From positions 12,957 to 76,956 of the forward strand of contig JBPOIA010000010.1 of NCBI GenBank assembly GCA_052034975.1: a DNA stretch of 64,000 nucleotides, written 5' to 3'. This stretch comes from Candidatus Moraniibacteriota bacterium. GTDB taxonomy: Bacteria; Patescibacteriota; Minisyncoccia; Moranbacterales; UBA1568. This document shows, one piece after another, positions 57,943-64,000 of the stretch. Below the pieces are notes generated by a model that saw only the letters and a program-made list of their open reading frames with translations, made no database searches and was not told the origin of the DNA. Within the stretch, counting starts at the first letter, position 1. Each line of letters starts with the position of its first letter. The position numbers and the translations under genes were made by a program.

Positions 57943-59088
57943 ATGTCTCTTTTAAAAAAGGGTTTAATAAAAAAATATTTTCAAAAAATATTGCAAGATA
58001 TGAGAAAAAGAATTTTAGTTACTATTTTTAGCATCTTTATATTTTTCAGTCTTCTTTTTATTCTCCTGTCGCTTCTCGAAGAACAGTATCGGTTATCTCT
58101 AGGGAGACCAGCGAATTCTTTTCAAACACAAATCCTCATACCAATTTTTTCTCTAAAAAATGCCATTTCCATCTCGCTTTTTGGTATAAATAGTCATCTT
58201 GAGTCAATTCCTTCGCCGCAAATCATTTATAGAACACAAAAACAGCGTTACTCCTTGCTTTCTCCCCAATGCACCGCCGAAGAATGCCTTACGAAAATGA
58301 CACGGGAAGAAACGATTTATGGAACTGCAGTCATAGAAGGGTATTTTATTCCCGTGGAAAGGAAATATAATCAATTTCAAAATAATCAGTGCACTGGATT
58401 TGTTTTGACCGGCGGTTCTATAAATTTACGGAATTATTTTTCAGAATTGTTACAGAAAAAAAGCGTTCTTGTTTCAGAGAATATCGATGGACAATTGATT
58501 ATTAATCTGAATTTTGATAATCTCGACCCTGCAGATATAAAAAAAATCTTAGCGTCAGATGTGACACGGAGGCTTCAGCTTAGAGTCATAAAAAACTCCC
58601 GGGTGGATATGGGTAATTCCGGGTGCTTTACTTCAATGAATATTCTCAGTATCGACGATGCTCCACTAAAAGAATTTCCCCAATGTAGTTATAATACAAT
58701 CTATCAGAACACCGTTTTTGGAATTAAGTTGTCATTTCCAAACAATGTATGGTGTTTGCCGAGCTCATCAGATAATGATCCTCATATCTATAATGGAAGC
58801 GCTTGTATCTATGAAAGCTGTCCTGGATTAGAAATTCGGAATCATAGTAATGATTCTAAATTTTCATTCGATATATTACTGAATCGTGCCACAAAAGAAG
58901 GAAGAAATCCTGTTGTTTTGAGTGATTTAATATCAGATGCTATCGTTATCAAATCAGCAGCCCCTGGACCAGCTGAAGGATGGCTTTATGAATACGGTAT
59001 ATTTTTCAAAAAAAACCAACGTCAATTTATCATTTTTACCAATAATGAATCTATTGAATCAATCCTAAAAACCATGAAACTTGAATAG
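57943..59088 (+). CDS. Hypothetical exported/membrane-anchored protein, AT-rich
   Basis: N-terminal TM, paired Cys; lies just downstream of a tRNA; start could be 58000. Confidence 0.7.
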   Translation: MSLLKKGLIKKYFQKILQDMRKRILVTIFSIFIFFSLLFILLSLLEEQYRLSLGRPANSFQTQILIPIFSLKNAISISLFGINSHLESIPSPQIIYRTQKQRYSLLSPQCTAEECLTKMTREETIYGTAVIEGYFIPVERKYNQFQNNQCTGFVLTGGSINLRNYFSELLQKKSVLVSENIDGQLIINLNFDNLDPADIKKILASDVTRRLQLRVIKNSRVDMGNSGCFTSMNILSIDDAPLKEFPQCSYNTIYQNTVFGIKLSFPNNVWCLPSSSDNDPHIYNGSACIYESCPGLEIRNHSNDSKFSFDILLNRATKEGRNPVVLSDLISDAIVIKSAAPGPAEGWLYEYGIFFKKNQRQFIIFTNNESIESILKTMKLE

Positions 59089-59183
59089 ATCTTTGTTTTT
59101 TATTCTTTTTAAATTAGAACACGCCCGCGAGCGTGTTTTTGGTTTTTTTTGTGCTATAATAAATTAGGAACAAATAAAAATCT

Positions 59184-59990
59184 ATGCACAAGCCATCCAG
59201 TCTGCGGGATTATGTAATTTCTGGGATTATCGCTCTCGCGCTGACCGTATTCCTCGGATTCTATCTTTTTATTCGTCGTGGGTATCTCTTTGACGCGCCA
59301 CCGACCGCCGATCCGTTCTACGTTCCGAACAAGGCGATTGCAAGCGCCGGAATGATCCTCCTCGCGTTCACGTTTCTGATCGGTCCCATCGCCCGTTACT
59401 TCGATCGTTTCGATCACTGGGTCAGTTACCGCAAAGAGCTCGGTATCGTTGCCGCGTTCCTTCTCTTTGTCCACGGTATCGGATCGTACCTCTGGCTACC
59501 GCTCAAATACCCGCGGGAATATCTGTTCGATGGGCCGTTTATTTTCGGTGCCGGCTTCCTTGGGGTATTCGTTCTCCTTTTCCTTTTCGTCATATCGTTC
59601 AAGAAGGCGATCGAATTCTTTGGAGCAGGACGATGGTGGTTCTTGCAGCGATGGGGGCTGCGCCTCGTGGTCATCTTCACGCTCATCCACGTCTACGGGA
59701 TGAAATGGCAAGGATGGTGGAAATGGATCAAACAGGGAGCGACACAAACACCGGAGCTCGCCAATCCATTGATGACACCGGCGAGTCTTCTTGCCGGACT
59801 CTTCATCGGATGGGTGGTCATCGTCCGCCTGTACGAAATGCTCTTTCTGTACAAAACACTCGGCTTCATCACGACCAAGGAAATATCGATCGATCCGGAG
59901 ATCCGTGTCCGTGGTCGAAAGTTTTTTGTACGTTCCGCGTGGATTTTGGTCGCACTCTATGTCGTTGTCATCACGCGATTTTGGTGGTAG
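59184..59990 (+). CDS. Ferric-reductase-like transmembrane protein (MsrQ-like)
   Basis: YRKELG..A..L..VH, WWFLQR, ..LIHV heme-ligand pattern. Confidence 0.75.
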   Translation: MHKPSSLRDYVISGIIALALTVFLGFYLFIRRGYLFDAPPTADPFYVPNKAIASAGMILLAFTFLIGPIARYFDRFDHWVSYRKELGIVAAFLLFVHGIGSYLWLPLKYPREYLFDGPFIFGAGFLGVFVLLFLFVISFKKAIEFFGAGRWWFLQRWGLRLVVIFTLIHVYGMKWQGWWKWIKQGATQTPELANPLMTPASLLAGLFIGWVVIVRLYEMLFLYKTLGFITTKEISIDPEIRVRGRKFFVRSAWILVALYVVVITRFWW

Positions 59991-60012
59991 CGGGGGAGAA
60001 TAGGAGGAATAT

Positions 60013-61170
60013 TCAAAGTGCGAGGTCTTGATCGGCCTCGATTTTGTTTTTCTTGACGGACAGCGAAACGCTTTCTTTGCTCACTGTTCGCGCGTCTTCG
60101 ACTTCTTTGCGAACAGGGGAGGGCAGGGCGGCTACGATTGATTTGAGTGCGATACCGTCTACTTTCAATACCGATTCCCATTGGTCAAGCGGCTCCAGAA
60201 TGGCGCGCAGCCTCTCTTCATCATACGTATAGGTCTTTCTCACCGTCTTGCCGATGATGCCACGCTCCCCGAACACCCGCTCCACTCCCTCGTGTTCCAT
60301 ATAGCCGAGGATATCCGCTTGTAGCTTGGCCAGACGCAGTTTGTCGCCACTCATCCGATCTTTCAATTCTAGATACTCCTCGATCTTTTTTTCAGCCTCT
60401 TTTGTTTCGAGCGTTTGCGATTCAGAAAACTTGTGCTTCCAAAGCGGACAGATCTTCTGATACCCACACCAGTCGCAAAGCGGAGAAAACAACGGATCGA
60501 ATTTCTTCTCTTCAATCGCAGCGATAACACCGAGAATATTCTCTTCTACCGTATCAAGCTGTTCTTTCGTGCGCGTGGAAGAAAGTTTCACGCCGTGTTT
60601 CAGGTAATAGAGGCTCACGGTAATCTTGTCGAGATTCGATTCTTCGCTTGGATAGCGTTTGAGAAAAGCTTTCAGGTAGATCGAAAGCTGAAGGTCGTGA
60701 TCCACCTTGTCCTGCGAAGGCATTTTTCGCGCGGTCTTATAATCGATGATCTCGTAACCATCCTGCGTCTTGTCAATACGGTCGATAACGCCCGAAACGA
60801 TGTGTTTACCCGAAGTGTCGTCACCGATCTCGATAGCGAAACGACTTTCCAAATCGACGATGGTATAATCCGCCGGACGGTTTTTCTCAAAATATTTCTG
60901 AATAATCTCCACGCCTTGGGTAAACGCTGCGCGTTCTTCCAGTTCGCTGTCGTATGCATCACTGTTCCAACCCTTGGAAAAATAATCGAGCGCCTGATCG
61001 GGAGTGGGCGAGAGCGTCGCTGGTGTATGCACGTATTTGAGTACGGAATGAATAAGCGTACCAAAAATCGCTTCTTTGGATTTCGGTTCGCTGATCCGAT
61101 CGATTTCCCTAAACTTGTATTTGAGCGGACAGCTCTGATAGGTATCGACGGCCGTATAGGAGAGGCGCAT
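60013..61170 (-). CDS. PD-(D/E)XK RecB/AddB-like nuclease with 4-Cys cluster
   Basis: LSYTAVDTYQSCPLKY, FGTLIH, GVIDRID, IIDYKT, QLSIY, CDWCGYQKIC. Confidence 0.9.
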   Translation of the reverse strand: MRLSYTAVDTYQSCPLKYKFREIDRISEPKSKEAIFGTLIHSVLKYVHTPATLSPTPDQALDYFSKGWNSDAYDSELEERAAFTQGVEIIQKYFEKNRPADYTIVDLESRFAIEIGDDTSGKHIVSGVIDRIDKTQDGYEIIDYKTARKMPSQDKVDHDLQLSIYLKAFLKRYPSEESNLDKITVSLYYLKHGVKLSSTRTKEQLDTVEENILGVIAAIEEKKFDPLFSPLCDWCGYQKICPLWKHKFSESQTLETKEAEKKIEEYLELKDRMSGDKLRLAKLQADILGYMEHEGVERVFGERGIIGKTVRKTYTYDEERLRAILEPLDQWESVLKVDGIALKSIVAALPSPVRKEVEDARTVSKESVSLSVKKNKIEADQDLAL

Positions 61171-61319
61171 AGTTTTTTCTGTGAAACAATATGTTTATTG
61201 TAACAGAGAAGCTTTCTCGCACACTATTGACAAAACTCTTATTTTTTGCTATAATAGTAATTGTACCTTGACATCAGGTATCATCCAAAAAAACCGTTTT
61301 CAACGCGAAGGAGGATAAA

Positions 61320-61610
61320 ATGCTTGCTACGAAGAAATTCTCGTTTTTCGAACGTTTCCTGAAGATTTTTTTTCCGGATGCGGCGGAATTGCATTTCTAC
61401 AAGCGGCAATGCGAGACGTATGAGAATATCATCGTCCCGCAGACGAGCCGCGAAGCCCGCGATACGATTCTGCGGATGAGAGAAGACAAGCGTGAGCTTC
61501 TCTCGGCGCTCGAAGAGGCGTCGGAACATTGCAACGAGCTCAGGAAAAGAAATTTCGAGCTCGTCGAAGAGACCGCTGTCCTCCGTCAAAAACTCGCTGA
61601 GCGAGGATGA
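61320..61610 (+). CDS. Coiled-coil hypothetical protein
   Basis: Consensus promoter TTGACA(61227), 17 nt, TATAAT(61250); AAGGAGG SD. Confidence 0.7.
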   Translation: MLATKKFSFFERFLKIFFPDAAELHFYKRQCETYENIIVPQTSREARDTILRMREDKRELLSALEEASEHCNELRKRNFELVEETAVLRQKLAERG

Positions 61611-62067
61611 CCAGGGATGTGCGGACACCGGACCGGAGGCAGGATACGAACGATTATCCGCCTTCGGTTTTTTTATTGTTTTTTAAAAGAAATATTTGGA
61701 GAAACGTGTATCGAAAGCGGGGGAATCGATCGAGAAAAAGATATTCCAAAGAAACGGTCCCGACGCTTTTATTGATTACAAATTTTCTTTATCGTTTGTT
61801 TTCTCTCATATGTCTCCTTATGTAACTTAGAAGACATATAATATTAAAGGAGACGCTTGATATAAAGCCTATAAAGAATATATGTAAAATTGATCCATTT
61901 TCTCTCCCGAACGACTTCGTATATCGCGTTCTAAGACGGTTTCGAACATTTCTTGGGTACATAGATGTGTCCCTCCTGTCGTTCATTTCACCCATCCTTG
62001 TTCACCATGTGACGACACATAACAAATCGCATTTATTTTTTCATTTTAATTTTTCATCTTTCAAATA

Positions 62068-62110
62068 CAAAAGACTCCCCCGTTTTTTGCGAAATTACTT
62101 GGGGGAGTCT
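62068..62110 (-). terminator. Hairpin/terminator
   Basis: AGACTCCCCC/GGGGGAGTCT 10-bp stem with minus-strand T-run. Confidence 0.5.
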
Positions 62111-62274
62111 CCTTTGTTAAAACGAGAAAACGAACTTTTCAACCGAATGTAAAGCTTGAGGATTAAACCCTATAAATACATATTTTCAAAAAACGAACGC
62201 GTATACTGCGTTCTCAGGCGTTTCAAATGTTTCTTGGATACATTGATGTATCTCGTTTGCGCTCATTTCTTCAA

Positions 62275-63036
62275 TTATTTTTTCTTGAGAAAGGCCGCGA
62301 TCTTTTTCCAAAGAAATGCGTGCGTCATATCGAGCCGATGACCACCATGTGGTTTGAGATAATATGCGGCGTCGGTTTTTTCGGCAAACGGAAGAACCGG
62401 TGCGTATGGTACCACCATATCGTCCTTCGCGTGGATAATAAAAATTTTTTTACCGTCGATGTATCTGATCCGCGTAATGGGATTATAGAAATCCGTCGTG
62501 ACGAGTTTTTGCCAATCGTTTCGGTGTTTTGTCCGATACGCGCCGGCAAAACCCGTCTGTGTAAAATGCACAAACCAGTCAAACGGTTCATCTGGACTAT
62601 CCGCGCTCCAATCAATAACCGGAGAAATTGCGATGACTTTTTTGACAATCGGCAGACACGAATTGAGAAGCACGGCCGGTCCGCCGAACGACGTACCAAA
62701 AAGATGCACCGCTTTCACCGAAAGACGTTTCGTTTCGCCGGAAAAAAGATCGTGTACGGATTTTTTCCTTACCAAATCTTTAATGACGTCTTCTATGTCT
62801 TTGGCCGGTGATTGTGCAAGAAAACTGCCGTCGCTTTCCCATGTCCCGCGATAACGCGGACACACGACAACATACCCCTTATCAACCAGAAATTGAAAAC
62901 GATCCTTCTTATATGGTAAAGATGGTGCTCCAATACAAACAATCGCCACTTTCCCCGTCTGCCCTTTCGGAAACATAACCTCCGCTACGATATCTCTTGC
63001 CAATCTTATCCGTATCGGATACGTTTTTGTCCCCAT
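62275..63036 (-). CDS. Alpha/beta hydrolase (S9 peptidase-like)
   Basis: PRYRGTWES, GTSFGG nucleophile elbow, HAKDDMVVP, GGH. Confidence 0.85.
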   Translation of the reverse strand: MGTKTYPIRIRLARDIVAEVMFPKGQTGKVAIVCIGAPSLPYKKDRFQFLVDKGYVVVCPRYRGTWESDGSFLAQSPAKDIEDVIKDLVRKKSVHDLFSGETKRLSVKAVHLFGTSFGGPAVLLNSCLPIVKKVIAISPVIDWSADSPDEPFDWFVHFTQTGFAGAYRTKHRNDWQKLVTTDFYNPITRIRYIDGKKIFIIHAKDDMVVPYAPVLPFAEKTDAAYYLKPHGGHRLDMTHAFLWKKIAAFLKKK

Positions 63037-63060
63037 ACGATTCAGTGTGCGGTAACGATA

Positions 63061-63999
63061 TTATGGAAGATACTTCGTCGGATTGACGTACGCGCCGTAC
63101 GGCAAATACACGCCTTTCACTTTTGATGACGGAACGACTTTGAACGATTTGGAAGAGAAGACGGAGAAATGGAGATGCGGCCCAGTAGAATAGCCGGTAT
63201 TGCCTGATTTCCCGATCTTTTCGCCGGTATCTACTTTGTCTCCTTTTTTGACGGATACGGAAGAGAGATGTCCGTAGAGCGTTACCATACCGTTGTTATG
63301 ATCGATGGCGATCCAGCGGCCATAGCCGTACCAGCGGCCGTTCTTATACATCGTGCCGGTCGCGGCGACTTTGCCGCTAAGTGGCGCGTAGACGGTCGTA
63401 CCGGTCGGAACACCGAAATCAATACCATTGTGCGGACCGCCACCATAGGCGCCTTTCTTGGCATATGAAGTCATTCCGTATCCTTGGGTGATGGTGGCAT
63501 TCTTCACCGGCCAGTCAAGGAGACCTTTCTTAGCTTTCGGCATATCGGCATCGGAAAGCGATCCGATCTCGCCGGATTGGAGGCCGTTGATTTCATCTTC
63601 GATTTCCTGCTGTTCCTCTTCGAGGGATTTTACCAATGTAACGTATTTCTGTTGTTCGGCGTTCGTCTTGACAAGGAGCGATTGTTTGCTGCTCCTCGTG
63701 CTTTCAAGGTATCCGTCCTGCTCCAAAAGGTCGCTATGAATATCACCCGCTTCCTTTTTTTTCTGATCGAGACTGGCTTTTTCTGCAACCAAGCTCTCAC
63801 GAAGTGTCTTGACGGAATCAAGAAGGTCGCCGAGCTTCTCGCTCGTATCGACAGAAGCATCACTCCGACGAAAATAGCCGAACATCTCCGTTGGCGAAAG
63901 GACGATCGGTGTCACAACGCCGGTCAATGAGTCGTCATACGATGATCGCATCAACTCGGAGAGGATTTTTCGTTGCTGGCTGATGACCGTCTCTTTCTC
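63061..63999 (-). CDS. M23 peptidase with coiled coil (EnvC-like), partial at right edge
   Basis: HNGIDF, YGHL, SGNTGYSTGPHLHF; frame stays open to the window end. Confidence 0.9.
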   Translation of the reverse strand, partial: EKETVISQQRKILSELMRSSYDDSLTGVVTPIVLSPTEMFGYFRRSDASVDTSEKLGDLLDSVKTLRESLVAEKASLDQKKKEAGDIHSDLLEQDGYLESTRSSKQSLLVKTNAEQQKYVTLVKSLEEEQQEIEDEINGLQSGEIGSLSDADMPKAKKGLLDWPVKNATITQGYGMTSYAKKGAYGGGPHNGIDFGVPTGTTVYAPLSGKVAATGTMYKNGRWYGYGRWIAIDHNNGMVTLYGHLSSVSVKKGDKVDTGEKIGKSGNTGYSTGPHLHFSVFSSKSFKVVPSSKVKGVYLPYGAYVNPTKYLP

Positions 64000-64000
64000 A

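Noticed and set aside
60013-61170. Cas4 of a CRISPR system, or effector of the RT
   Set aside because: No repeats or other cas genes in the window; 40 kb from the RT; reads as a stand-alone RecB/AddB-like nuclease.

Overview
Bacterial chromosomal window, gene-dense and mostly housekeeping. It carries trmD, ftsW-murG-murC-murB, raiA, secA, rplI, pyrG, rpmA, scpAB, dacA-like, mraY, pgk, eno, an FtsA-like gene, alaS, rplU, recR, dnaB, cysS, corA, hrcA-grpE-dnaK with a perfect CIRCE, prfB with a +1 frameshift, ftsEX and three tRNAs. Gene content and order, the shortened AlaRS and HrcA, and SD-less core starts suggest a Patescibacteria/CPR (Parcubacteria-like) genome; this is inference. Small self-contained accessory cassettes are scattered through it. 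The most notable is a stand-alone retron-clade reverse transcriptase (19080-20132) between pyrG and rpmA. It is preceded by a ~290-nt structured non-coding region whose ends pair (TGCCAAGGAG/CTCCTTGGCA plus an 11-bp extension), has no effector gene, and has atypical motifs (LAIGG for LPQG, DAYP, YVDD, altered VTG). Other leads are a NYN nuclease with a convergent consensus-promoter ~50-nt RNA, a GIY-YIG gene flanked by a duplicated, hairpin-interrupted tRNA-Gln 5' end, two further candidate ncRNAs, a shared boxA-like/SD leader marking the accessory genes, and an internally deleted engB paralogue. All family calls come from motif recognition by eye; no database search was run.
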